Part shown: positions 39,163 to 48,517 of the stretch, in pieces
Layout: every line of letters begins with the position of its first letter
Numbering within the stretch: the stretch's first letter is position 1
Assembly (NCBI GenBank): GCA_039030515.1
Contig: JBCCEA010000004.1
Location: forward strand, 93,797 to 157,796
Direction: 5' to 3'
DNA: 64,000 bases
Source: Myxococcota bacterium
GTDB lineage: Bacteria > Myxococcota_A > Polyangia > Polyangiales > Houyiibacteriaceae
Program-made: the position numbers and the translations under genes
The notes under the pieces: generated by a model
Told to the model about the DNA's origin: nothing
Seen by the model: the letters and a program-made list of their open reading frames with translations, nothing else
Database searches by the model: none

Positions 39163-41241
39163 ATGGGATTCACGACACCGCTGGCCCTCTTTGGACTTTT
39201 TCTTGCGGCGGCGCCGTTCGTGGCCCACTTCACGAAGCGAAGCAACCTGATAGAAGCAGCGCTGCCAACGATCGCCCTGGTCCGAAAAGCAAAAGCAGCG
39301 CATCGCAAGAAATTCAATCTAGTCGATCTCCTTCTTCTCATCGCAAGGGTCCTCGTGATCACGACCTGTGTGGTCGGTGCCGCGGAGCCCTATGTGGTCA
39401 CACGGCTCGCCTACGGCGATGGGCATCCACTCTCGCTTGCCCTAGTTCTCGACGACTCGATGAGCATGCTGCAACAACATGAGGGCGCTACGGCTCTTAC
39501 GAACGCTGCTGCCCGTGCCGAAGAAGTGATCCAGTCCCTGCCTCAGCATTCCGAGGTGACGGTGATCGCCGCTGGGGTTCCCGCCCGCGTGTTGAGCCGC
39601 CGAAGCACGGAGCTACTCCCACTTACCGAAATGGTCCGCTCTATAGCGTCCTTAGAGACTACCGGTCGCGGTACCGAACTACCTGAGGCCCTGCATCTCG
39701 CGCGACGTGAGCTCGCGGCTTCCAAGCTCTCGAGACGCAGAACCCTTGTCCTTTCTGACTTTGCCGGGACCGACTGGACCACGGCAGATTGGAACGACCT
39801 GGATCGGGTGGATTTGGAGCGATTTGGCGCCGAAGGAACGGTCTTCAACGCATCGGTCTATCCCACCAAGATACCCATCCATCCCGGCGAAGACGGCTCC
39901 CTTCAAATCAACTTTGAAGTTCGCACGTCCGGGGCAAACCGAGGGGAATTCCCGGTCGGGCTCTATGAGGAAAACGAGAAGCGAGTCGAGACGAACGTCG
40001 TAGTGGAAGACGGCATCGGACAGGGAACCTTCTCCCTCTCCTCATTCAAATCCTCGGAACCCAAGCTGAGTCTGCGTCTCGAGATCGAAGACGCCCTCGG
40101 GGTAGACAACCGTCACGACCTTCTGATCCGGCACGTTGAGCCGCCCCGTATCTTGCTGGTAAGCGGAGATCCGAGCGCCTCTGGACTACAAGACGAGATT
40201 GGTTTTTTGAAACTCGCCCTCCAAAGCGGTGAGTCAGAACGCAGCACGGTCTCCCTGAGATCCATCGACCAGGGACGCCTCAGCACAAGGGACATCGCCC
40301 AGGCAGACGTGATCGTGATGGCCAACTGCGTGGTTCCCCCCGAGGCTCTCGCAAGAGAGATTCGCCAGCGCGTGCAGCGTGGCGCGGGTTTGCTCATCGG
40401 TGCGGGCCATCAAACGCATGCTCAGGCATTGAACCATGCATTTGGACCGATTCTGCCCGCACGCGTGCGCCCACCGATAGGAGTGCGCCTCGATTCATGG
40501 CAGCCTCAGAAGTCAGCCCGTCCCCCTCTGTTCGTCGGACTGAAGATCGAGAAGCACCCGTACCTTAAGCTAAGTCCCAAGGGACTCGAGGCAGTTCGCA
40601 TCCATCGGACGATGGGCTTGGAACCACACCCGCAACGGGGCAGAGTCGCAGCGTCTTTTGTAGACGACTCTGCTGCACTTGTCGTCGGCCCTGCCGGCAA
40701 AGGTCAGGTCGCACTTCTGAGTCTTACGCTGGATTCCGACTGGAGCGACCTTCCACTCCGACCCGGATACGTCCCTTTGATGCTGAAACTGATCTCCTGG
40801 CTCTCACCGAGGGCCATGCAGCAAACCCCATCCTACGCGTCAGGTGCTCCGGTACAACTCGCGCTGGAGCGGGGAGCGGAGCACGTTCAGGTCACCACCC
40901 CCGGGGGACAGATTCACCACGTCACCAAGGACCACGTCACCGAGGACCACGCCTTTACCGCAAGCCACGCCTCCGCCACGTTCACTGAAACCGTAGCGCC
41001 AGGCACCTACCTGGTTCATTCGCGATCCCACGAGAGCGAACCTAGCTCGCACTCGTTCCTCGTCGTCCCGCCCACCGCAGAAAGTGCGCTCACCTCACAT
41101 GCGCTGCCGGAGCGCTCTCCGCAGGATGCAGACGCCACATCCGATAAGAACGCGCAGATTCCCTTGGAGTCCAACGTATTTGCGCTTGCTGGGTTTTTAC
41201 TGATCGCCGAAGGGTTACTCCGGCTCCGGCGCCCCTTCTAA
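39163..41241 (+). CDS. BatA-domain / vWA membrane protein
   Basis: MGFTTPLALFGL...PFVAH (BatA N-terminus), LDDSMSM, GRGTEL, VLSDF, WSDLPLRP.YVP; C-terminal TM followed by RLRR. Confidence 0.82.
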   Translation: MGFTTPLALFGLFLAAAPFVAHFTKRSNLIEAALPTIALVRKAKAAHRKKFNLVDLLLLIARVLVITTCVVGAAEPYVVTRLAYGDGHPLSLALVLDDSMSMLQQHEGATALTNAAARAEEVIQSLPQHSEVTVIAAGVPARVLSRRSTELLPLTEMVRSIASLETTGRGTELPEALHLARRELAASKLSRRRTLVLSDFAGTDWTTADWNDLDRVDLERFGAEGTVFNASVYPTKIPIHPGEDGSLQINFEVRTSGANRGEFPVGLYEENEKRVETNVVVEDGIGQGTFSLSSFKSSEPKLSLRLEIEDALGVDNRHDLLIRHVEPPRILLVSGDPSASGLQDEIGFLKLALQSGESERSTVSLRSIDQGRLSTRDIAQADVIVMANCVVPPEALAREIRQRVQRGAGLLIGAGHQTHAQALNHAFGPILPARVRPPIGVRLDSWQPQKSARPPLFVGLKIEKHPYLKLSPKGLEAVRIHRTMGLEPHPQRGRVAASFVDDSAALVVGPAGKGQVALLSLTLDSDWSDLPLRPGYVPLMLKLISWLSPRAMQQTPSYASGAPVQLALERGAEHVQVTTPGGQIHHVTKDHVTEDHAFTASHASATFTETVAPGTYLVHSRSHESEPSSHSFLVVPPTAESALTSHALPERSPQDADATSDKNAQIPLESNVFALAGFLLIAEGLLRLRRPF
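40917..40951. repeat. In-frame 15-bp x2.3 tandem repeat
   Basis: ccacgtcaccaagga, ccacgtcaccgagga, ccacg (HVTKD HVTED H). Confidence 0.75.
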
Positions 41242-41298
41242 ACCCCATACCTGACGATAAACCGCGCCCTCTGCCCGGAACTCAGCCGAGGGGTTGTC

Positions 41299-42204
41299 TC
41301 ACGGAGCCGGTTTGCACCTCGCTTCGGCGACGCGAAAGCGACCTCCCAGATCTCGGTGCACCCGAATATCGACCAGGTCGTCACCTTCCTCGCGAGGCAA
41401 CTCCAACAAACGTTGCACTTCCTTCCACTGACTTGCACCGATCTCCATCAGCAAAAGCGCACCTGGCTTAAGCCAACGAGACACCTGCGGAATAAATCGC
41501 CGCATGATTTCCAACCCGTCGACTCCCGCCTCAAGAGCGATTCGTGGCTCGAATTCTCGCACCTCAGGAGCAAGATCCTCTAGTTCATCGACGGCAATAT
41601 AAGGTGGATTTATCGTGACCAAATCGAACGATGCTTTCGGAATCGACTCGAAGAGGTCGCTACAAACAAACTGAATACGCTTTTCGACTCCGTGGCAGCG
41701 CGCATTTTTGCGTGCAACGTCCAGAGCAGATTCCGAAACATCCGAGGCGACAAGTCGCAACTCGTCTCGCTCAGCCGCAAGCGTGACCGCGATGATGCCA
41801 CTTCCAGTGCAAAGATCGAGAACCTGGATCTCTCGATTTCGATCGCGAAAGAAGGGATCGCTGTCGAGGACGGTAAGCGCTCGTTCGACTAGGGTTTCTG
41901 TGTCCGGGCGAGGGACCAAAACGCTCTTTGTTACCTGAAACGTTCTCGACCAGAAGTCTTTTCGTCCCAGGATATAGGAGACCGGTTCGCGCGTCCGTCT
42001 CCGTTCAACGAGACCACGTATCCTTGCAAGCTCTTCCGCGTGCAGGGGTCGATCGAGGTCGAGGTACAGCCGAATCCGGTCGCAGCCAAGCGCCTCCGCC
42101 ACGAGCAGCTCTGCATCCAGGCGGGGGGTATCGACGCCGCGCCTGACGAAATCTGACACCGTCCACTGCAGCAGGCTGCGAATAGTCCAAGATAATTGGG
42201 ACAA
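41299..42204 (-). CDS. prmC: Release factor glutamine methyltransferase
   Basis: PRLDAELL, EPVSYILG, VLVPRPDTE, LDLCTGSG, NPPY. Confidence 0.95.
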   Translation of the reverse strand: MSQLSWTIRSLLQWTVSDFVRRGVDTPRLDAELLVAEALGCDRIRLYLDLDRPLHAEELARIRGLVERRRTREPVSYILGRKDFWSRTFQVTKSVLVPRPDTETLVERALTVLDSDPFFRDRNREIQVLDLCTGSGIIAVTLAAERDELRLVASDVSESALDVARKNARCHGVEKRIQFVCSDLFESIPKASFDLVTINPPYIAVDELEDLAPEVREFEPRIALEAGVDGLEIMRRFIPQVSRWLKPGALLLMEIGASQWKEVQRLLELPREEGDDLVDIRVHRDLGGRFRVAEARCKPAP

Positions 42205-42292
42205 GATACACTCCGAACCCCGATGGAACCCACAAACCCCCTAGCAGGCCGGTCCCGACTGCGCCCTCAAAGGCGAGGACGCCAAGGCTCTT

Positions 42293-43183
42293 TCAGGCTT
42301 TCATCCTCATTTTTGGCCGAGGCATCAGCCCTGTTTTGCCGAGAATGCCCTTGGCCATTTTATACAGTTCGGGATTCGAACCTTTGCGGGCAAATGCAAC
42401 GACCATCGTGAGATCTTTCGCTGCCAGCTTTTCCATCGCGCCTCGGGCCAGGCCCCGGTTTTTGGTGCCAGCAAAGGTAAAGCACTGCGCGCGCAACAAT
42501 AGTGAAGACGCCTCCTCAAACGCTTGATCGTCTGGATCGAACGTTTCGAGCAGCTTCTTTGCTTCAGCCGCATCACCTGTTCTCGCCAGCGACTCTGCTT
42601 TGACGGCGGCGTACATCGCTTTGGCTTTCGGTTGAGGCTGCCGGTCCAGCCTCAACTTGTCGGCGAGAGGGCGCGCATCTTTCACTCGGTTCTGCATCAA
42701 GTACATCATTCCGAGGTTCGCCCGAACGTCGTCTTGCACCACTCCGGGAGCTTTCTCGAGCTCGATGCCCTCGAGTACCGAGATGGCCTGCTGAGGATCC
42801 TCTTGGGCGAGAAGCTGCGCTCGAGCAAGTGCGTTCATCGCATCGCTCGCCGCCCCCTTCTTCGAAGCGAGCTTGAGCAACGCTTCTTTTCGTCCCTCGG
42901 CATCGGTAGCGCCTTTGAGCACATCGACGATAGCCGCAGAGCGCCGAGTCAAACGGAGCGCGTACGCACCAAAACCCAAGGCAGCCAAGGTCACCGTCCC
43001 GGCTCCGGCAACACCCCACCAGGAGAGCCAAGGCCAGGCGACTCCAGCGATGAGCCAAAGCACGAGTAGAGCGACGAGCACCTGAGCCACGATCTTCCAC
43101 TGAAAGCCGGGGGTCTGTAGCTTGGAAAGCGCCTCTGCAGGGTCGGGTCGACTCGATTCAAAACGCTGTTTCTTCTTCGCCAT
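42293..43183 (-). CDS. Membrane protein with two TM helices and a TPR-like helical domain
   Basis: 296-aa ORF; RBS ggagcagga; two hydrophobic segments, then Ala/Leu-rich helical repeats. Confidence 0.7.
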   Translation of the reverse strand: MAKKKQRFESSRPDPAEALSKLQTPGFQWKIVAQVLVALLVLWLIAGVAWPWLSWWGVAGAGTVTLAALGFGAYALRLTRRSAAIVDVLKGATDAEGRKEALLKLASKKGAASDAMNALARAQLLAQEDPQQAISVLEGIELEKAPGVVQDDVRANLGMMYLMQNRVKDARPLADKLRLDRQPQPKAKAMYAAVKAESLARTGDAAEAKKLLETFDPDDQAFEEASSLLLRAQCFTFAGTKNRGLARGAMEKLAAKDLTMVVAFARKGSNPELYKMAKGILGKTGLMPRPKMRMKA

Positions 43184-43223
43184 GTTCCTGCTCCGCTCAG
43201 GTATCCCTTAGCAGACTACCGGG

Positions 43224-43373
43224 ACAGCGCCTGCCGACGAACCCTGCGGGGATCCCGCTGGATAAACCCGGGACCTCTTGAACATTGCTGGATTGGCGTG
43301 GCTCTAGCAGCGTTCTCAAGACCACCCCAGCACGGGTACGGGCTTCCGTTTGGACGGCGGCAAAACGGTCTGT
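43224..43373 (+). ncRNA. Candidate structured RNA, rod-like, 6S RNA-like layout
   Basis: Nested stems 43232-39/43355-62, 43247-57/43339-48, 43266-70/43333-37 and 43276-92/43303-21; G-U pairs favour the + strand. Confidence 0.5.
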
Positions 43374-43444
43374 GGATGTAATCTTACAACTATTTACGAA
43401 CCGGAGTCGGGTATGATGCACAGTATCTACTCAGGGGCGACCGT

Positions 43445-45148
43445 ATGAGCAATCGACTCGGCGAACTGTTGGTCAGGGAAAAACGCATTAGCCTTGAGCA
43501 ACTTCGAAGCGCGCAAGCTTCTCAGAGAAAAAACGGAGTGAGCCTAGGATACGCGCTCGCAAAGCTGGGCTTTGTTTCCGATCAGGAGATCACGGATTTT
43601 CTGAGTCAGCAATACCGCGTCCAGGCGATCAACCTATCCGAGTACGAGATCGACCCGGAAGTCATCAAGCTCATCGGTCAAGACGTCTGTGAACGTCATA
43701 AGATCATTCCAGTTTCGCGTGCCGGAGCCTCGCTTATCGTCGCGATGGCAGACCCTTCCAACCTACATGCCATCGACGACATCAAGTTTCTAACCGGATA
43801 CAACGTCGAGCCTGTGGTCAGCTCGGAAGCTGCCATCACACAGTCGATCGAGAAATACTATGCCTCTCCGGAGATCTCCTACGACGAGATCATGGACGGC
43901 TTCGACGAAGAAGAAATTGAAGTCGCAGCGGACGAGGACGACGTCAATATTCTCGACCTCGAGCGGGCTTCCGAAGACGCTCCGGTCGTACGTCTCTGCA
44001 ACGCGATACTGCTCAACGCGATCAAGAAGAGGGCTTCCGATATCCACGTGGAGCCCTACGAGCGTCAGCTCCGCGTTCGGTATCGGGTCGACGGCGTGCT
44101 CCACGAGGAAATGACCCCGCCGCTGAAGCTGAAAAATGCGATCGCCTCACGTCTCAAGATCATGTCCTCATTGGACATCGCCGAACGCAGACTGCCTCAG
44201 GATGGGCGGATCAAGCTGAAACTGGGCAAGGGCCGGGAAATGGACTTTCGAGTGTCCTGCCTGCCCACGATTTGGGGCGAAAAGATCGTGTTGCGTCTTC
44301 TCGACAAATCCAATTTACAGCTGGACATGGCCAAACTCGGCTTCGAAACCAAACCACTCGAAGATTTCAAGAAGGCCATCCACAACCCTTACGGAATGGT
44401 GCTCGTGACCGGTCCAACCGGTTCCGGTAAGACAACGACGCTCTATTCAGCGCTCAGCGAGCTCAATACGCCCGGGACCAATATCAGCACCGCGGAAGAC
44501 CCGGTCGAGTACAACCTCGGCGGGATCAACCAGGTGCAGCAACATGAAGATATCGGTCTGAACTTCGCAGCGTCCCTTCGATCCTTTCTACGTCAAGACC
44601 CGGACATCATCATGGTTGGTGAGATTCGTGATTTTGAAACAGCGGAAATCGCAGTCAAAGCCGCGCTTACGGGTCACATGGTGTTGTCCACCCTGCATAC
44701 CAACGACGCGCCAAGCACCGTCACCCGACTTCTGAACATGGGTGTCGAACCGTTTCTGGTCACCGCCTCCGTCAACCTCGTGCTCGCCCAGCGACTCGCC
44801 CGTCGCATTTGTGACGAGTGCCGGGTCGAGTTTCAGCCTGAGGAGCGCGTATGGCTCGATCTGGGCGTTCGAGAGTCGGACATTCCGGAGATGCGCGCCT
44901 ACAAGGGAACCGGATGTCGGAACTGCGGAGAAACCGGATATCGGGGCCGCGTCGCCCTCTACGAGGTCATGCCCTTCACCGACCGCCTCAAAGAAATGGT
45001 GCTTCAAGGATGCTCTACCGCGGAACTTAAATCGGAAATGATTCGGGGTGGTATCAAGAGTCTCCGCATGAGCGGAATGTCCAAGGTGCAGGAAGGCACG
45101 ACGACCATCGATGAAATCGTCCGGGTGACCGCTGCCGACCATAGCTGA
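43445..45148 (+). CDS. pilB: Type IV-A pilus assembly ATPase PilB
   Basis: N-terminal RLGELLV (MshEN-like), ASDIHVEP, GPTGSGKTTT, LRQDPDIIMVGEIRD, STLHTND, tetracysteine motif. Confidence 0.95.
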   Translation: MSNRLGELLVREKRISLEQLRSAQASQRKNGVSLGYALAKLGFVSDQEITDFLSQQYRVQAINLSEYEIDPEVIKLIGQDVCERHKIIPVSRAGASLIVAMADPSNLHAIDDIKFLTGYNVEPVVSSEAAITQSIEKYYASPEISYDEIMDGFDEEEIEVAADEDDVNILDLERASEDAPVVRLCNAILLNAIKKRASDIHVEPYERQLRVRYRVDGVLHEEMTPPLKLKNAIASRLKIMSSLDIAERRLPQDGRIKLKLGKGREMDFRVSCLPTIWGEKIVLRLLDKSNLQLDMAKLGFETKPLEDFKKAIHNPYGMVLVTGPTGSGKTTTLYSALSELNTPGTNISTAEDPVEYNLGGINQVQQHEDIGLNFAASLRSFLRQDPDIIMVGEIRDFETAEIAVKAALTGHMVLSTLHTNDAPSTVTRLLNMGVEPFLVTASVNLVLAQRLARRICDECRVEFQPEERVWLDLGVRESDIPEMRAYKGTGCRNCGETGYRGRVALYEVMPFTDRLKEMVLQGCSTAELKSEMIRGGIKSLRMSGMSKVQEGTTTIDEIVRVTAADHS

Positions 45149-45182
45149 AATCGCTCGAGTGACCGCCGCCGACCATAGCTAG
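45112..45182. repeat. 34-bp tandem duplication of the pilB 3' end
   Basis: 45112-45145 versus 45146-45179, 30/34 identical; the second copy reads EIARVTAADHS and is followed by TAG. Confidence 0.92.
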
Positions 45183-45382
45183 AGCTCTCTGTCAACTAAT
45201 CGCAGAACTCATCTCCTCTCAATCAGGCCGTCGACCGAGACTTTAAGTTGGAAAAGCGAGCGTCATAAACGCTTTTCTTTCAGGGATTTGGCGTTTAGGC
45301 GCTTCTGTGACCACACGTTTCGTGACGTTACATCGCACGTCGCGTGTTGTGCTTTGGTTCTTCGAGTGATAGATCGATCACC

Positions 45383-45778
45383 ATGCGTATCAGCAACAGC
45401 TTTTCCGAAGGTGAAGTCAAGACCTTGGAGTTCATCCTTCAAACCCTGCTCCGAGGCGGCAACCCGAGTGTGGCCACCCGGCAACGCGATTTTGCATCTG
45501 TATACCGCAAAGTTCTTAAGATGAAGGAGCGAATCGGGGTACACGAGAAAAAGGCTGAGCTGCAGGAGGTACAGGACAAGAGCAGCACGGGCTCCGAGCT
45601 AGGTACCGATGGGCTGAACCAAAACCTGTCAAGCAGTCCTAGTTTGAATGAGGAAGCTCAGATGAATGAAGCCTCAGGTGCCTTTGAGAGTAAGGACGAG
45701 GCGCTTCTTTCCGACTCTTCGATAGCCTCCGGCCTTGCCGCCCGACATCAAGGCGCGGTGCTCAACGCACCTCGCTAG
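45383..45778 (+). CDS. Small hypothetical protein (helical N-terminal ~50 aa, low-complexity tail)
   Basis: MRISNSFSEGEVKTLEFILQTLLRGG...; amphipathic-helix pattern; fills the gap between pilB and pyrC. Confidence 0.6.
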   Translation: MRISNSFSEGEVKTLEFILQTLLRGGNPSVATRQRDFASVYRKVLKMKERIGVHEKKAELQEVQDKSSTGSELGTDGLNQNLSSSPSLNEEAQMNEASGAFESKDEALLSDSSIASGLAARHQGAVLNAPR

Positions 45779-45785
45779 TTCTGAA

Positions 45786-45862
45786 TGCCTGGCGAGGGTC
45801 TGCCTGGCGAGGGTCTGCCTGGCGAGGGCCTGCTCGGTTAGGGCCTGCCTGGTTAGGGCCTG
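45786..45862. repeat. Intergenic 15-bp x5 tandem repeat
   Basis: tgcctggcgagggtc x2, tgcctggcgagggcc, tgctcggttagggcc, tgcctggttagggcc. Confidence 0.92.
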
Positions 45863-45947
45863 AACGCTTGGGTGGTCGCAACGGCCGGTCTGTCAATACA
45901 TCTATCCGCCTTGACGTCCGGACCGCTTCCGTACCATAGCCGCTACC

Positions 45948-47255
45948 ATGCTGGTGATTCGAGGTGGACGCGTTTTAGATCCAGCCTCCGGGCGTGATGA
46001 GATCGCAGACGTTCTCGTCGAAAAAGGGCGTATCGTCCGGGTGGGTGTTGGCGCTGCTGCACCGTATTGCGGAGGTGCCGGAGAACACAATCCAGCCCTC
46101 GAAATCGTAGACGCGACTTCATGTTGGGTCGTTCCGGGTTTCGTCGACCTTCACGTACACCTGAGAGAGCCGGGCCAAGAATACAAAGAAGACCTTGCCA
46201 CCGGCCTAGCTGCCGCCGCTGCCGGAGGTTTCACTGCAGTCTGTTCGATGGCGAACACCTCTCCGGTGATCGACAACAGAATGCTGGTGGAACACCTGAT
46301 CGCCAAATCAGTCGAGCTGTCGGGCCCCAGGCTGTATCCTTTTGGCGCGATTACTCAGGGCCTCGAGGGAGCACAGCTCACCGAGATGGCGGACATGAAA
46401 AGAGGCGGTGCAGTCGGCGTGAGTGACGACGGGCGATGCGTGATGAACGCGGCCGTGATGCGTCACGCGATGGAGTATGCACGCACGTTCGACCTGCTGG
46501 TGAGTCAACACTGCGAGGATCACACGCTGACGGACGGTTCCCAAATGAACGAGGGCCGAGTCGCAACCCAACTGGGGCTAAGGGGCTGGCCCAGAGAGGC
46601 AGAAGACATCATCGTTGCCCGAGACCTCCTCCTGGCCGAGCGGACCGGAGCCCGATATCACGTCGCGCATTTATCCACCAAGGGGGCGGCTCGACTTGTT
46701 CGAGAAGCGAAATCACGTGGACTGCAGGTGAGCGCCGAGGTCACGCCGCATCATCTAACGCTTACCGACGAAGCGATCGTTGGATACAACACCCACTGCA
46801 AGGTCAATCCTCCCCTGCGCACCGAAGAAGACCGAGCTGCTGTCGTAGAGGCCCTTGCCGATGGAACGATCGACTGCATCGCGACCGACCATGCGCCACA
46901 TGCACCCCTAGACAAAGACTGCGAGTTTGACGCTGCGGCGGTAGGGGTGGCTGGACTGGAAACCGCGATTTCCGTGTTGCTCTCACTCTGCACGGAAGGC
47001 CACCTGACTCCTCTCAGACTCATGGAGTGCCTCAGCACCAACCCGTGCCGGCTTATCCCAGAGATCGAGGGAGGCAGCCTACGAGAAGGTGCCGCCGCAG
47101 ACATCACGATCCTTCGCCCGGACATTTGCTGGACCGTGAGTCCGGAAGCGCTACGCTCGCGCTCACACAATTCGCCCTGGCTCGGTCAAGAGCTGCAAGG
47201 CGTTGTCACCCAGACGCGGGTCGCAGGCGCGACCGTCTACGAGCGAAAGCTATGA
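45948..47255 (+). CDS. pyrC: Dihydroorotase (type I)
   Basis: PGFVDLHVHLREPG, EVTPHHL, KVNPPLR, IATDHAPH. Confidence 0.95.
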   Translation: MLVIRGGRVLDPASGRDEIADVLVEKGRIVRVGVGAAAPYCGGAGEHNPALEIVDATSCWVVPGFVDLHVHLREPGQEYKEDLATGLAAAAAGGFTAVCSMANTSPVIDNRMLVEHLIAKSVELSGPRLYPFGAITQGLEGAQLTEMADMKRGGAVGVSDDGRCVMNAAVMRHAMEYARTFDLLVSQHCEDHTLTDGSQMNEGRVATQLGLRGWPREAEDIIVARDLLLAERTGARYHVAHLSTKGAARLVREAKSRGLQVSAEVTPHHLTLTDEAIVGYNTHCKVNPPLRTEEDRAAVVEALADGTIDCIATDHAPHAPLDKDCEFDAAAVGVAGLETAISVLLSLCTEGHLTPLRLMECLSTNPCRLIPEIEGGSLREGAAADITILRPDICWTVSPEALRSRSHNSPWLGQELQGVVTQTRVAGATVYERKL

Positions 47256-48412
47256 GTAAAGCGTATCTCGTCCTCGCGGACGGCACCCGTTTCGAGGGCA
47301 CAGCTCTCGGCGCGCAAGGTCAGACCATTGGGGAAGCCGTGTTCACCACCGGCATGACCGGCTATCAAGAGGTGATCACGGACCCCAGCTACTGTTCGCA
47401 GATCGTGACCATGACGTCGCCCCAGATCGGCAACGTCGGCACCAACGAAGAAGATGACGAAGCCAGTCGACCTTCCCTTGCAGGGTTCGTGATTCACGAA
47501 TTGTCTCCAGTGGTGAGCAACTGGCGATCAACATCCGATCTTGATGCGTACCTGAAACGGCACGGCATCGTCGGTATTTCCGGAATCGACACCCGCACCC
47601 TCACGAGGAAGATTCGCGACGAAGGTGCGCAGATGGCAGCGATTGGAACCGGCGACGCAGCCACGCTGCAGGACATGGCACGGTCCGCACCGAAGATGAC
47701 AGGACGCAACCTGGCTCAGGAGGTTTCCACGAAAGAATCCTACACGTGGAGCGCAGATTCTGGCCCATGGCGTATCGACCATACAGCACCCGTCGACGGG
47801 GTTCGCGGCAACGAGTCTCGTGCGGGGGCAAGAACTCAGTCATCGCAATATCGGGTGGTCGCCATAGACTTCGGGGTCAAACGCAGCATTCTTCGATGCT
47901 TGGTGGATCAGGGCTGTGAGGTCACTGTCGTGCCGTGGTCCACATCCGCTGAAGAGATCCTCTCGCTCAGCCCCGACGGAGTATTCCTATCCAATGGCCC
48001 AGGGGATCCGGCCGCAGTGCGCCCCGCGGTAACGAACGTCCAGCGGCTCTTGGGTAAGAAACCGATATTCGGCATTTGTCTCGGGCATCAAATCCTATCG
48101 CTCGCTCTCGGTGGCTCGAGTTCGAAGCTGAAGTTCGGCCATCGAGGGCTCAACCAGCCGGTCCAAGATGTTCATACCGGAACCGTAGAGGTCACCACGC
48201 AGAATCACGGCTTCGTGGTCGATGTCGCGTCGCTTGCGGGAAAGTGCACCATGACCCACGTGCACCTCAACGACGGAACTTGCGAGGGTATCGAACACCG
48301 AGAGAGCGGCGCATTCAGCGTTCAATATCACCCAGAGGCAAGCGCGGGCCCCCACGATTCCCGGTATATGTTCGAGAGATTCACCAACCGCATAGAAAAA
48401 TGGGGCGCGTGA
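47252..48412 (+). CDS. carA: Carbamoyl-phosphate synthase small subunit
   Basis: ATG 47252 overlaps the pyrC stop; GEAVFTTGMTGYQE, LSNGPGDP, GICLGHQ, QYHPE. Confidence 0.96.
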   Translation: MSKAYLVLADGTRFEGTALGAQGQTIGEAVFTTGMTGYQEVITDPSYCSQIVTMTSPQIGNVGTNEEDDEASRPSLAGFVIHELSPVVSNWRSTSDLDAYLKRHGIVGISGIDTRTLTRKIRDEGAQMAAIGTGDAATLQDMARSAPKMTGRNLAQEVSTKESYTWSADSGPWRIDHTAPVDGVRGNESRAGARTQSSQYRVVAIDFGVKRSILRCLVDQGCEVTVVPWSTSAEEILSLSPDGVFLSNGPGDPAAVRPAVTNVQRLLGKKPIFGICLGHQILSLALGGSSSKLKFGHRGLNQPVQDVHTGTVEVTTQNHGFVVDVASLAGKCTMTHVHLNDGTCEGIEHRESGAFSVQYHPEASAGPHDSRYMFERFTNRIEKWGA

Positions 48413-48517
48413 GAGAAACCGGACCCCAATGGTTCGGGCACGAGACGGACTAAGGGGGCGACGGGTTTAGGGTCTCCGTGTGCCGAGCCCACCCTACCCA
48501 TCTCCCTTCGAAGGCAG

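Noticed and set aside
43355..43400. c-di-GMP-I riboswitch (GGCAAA) upstream of pilB
   Set aside because: No GNRA-capped P2 stem or second GCAAA motif follows.
45251..45281. Terminator after pilB (gaaaagcg...cgcttttc)
   Set aside because: AU-rich stem with a large loop and an interrupted U tract; too weak to call.
45786..45862. CRISPR array
   Set aside because: 15-bp units are directly adjacent with no unique spacers, and there are no cas genes.
47027..47251. N-terminal extension of CarA
   Set aside because: Lies within pyrC; the family start MSKAYLVL is at 47252.
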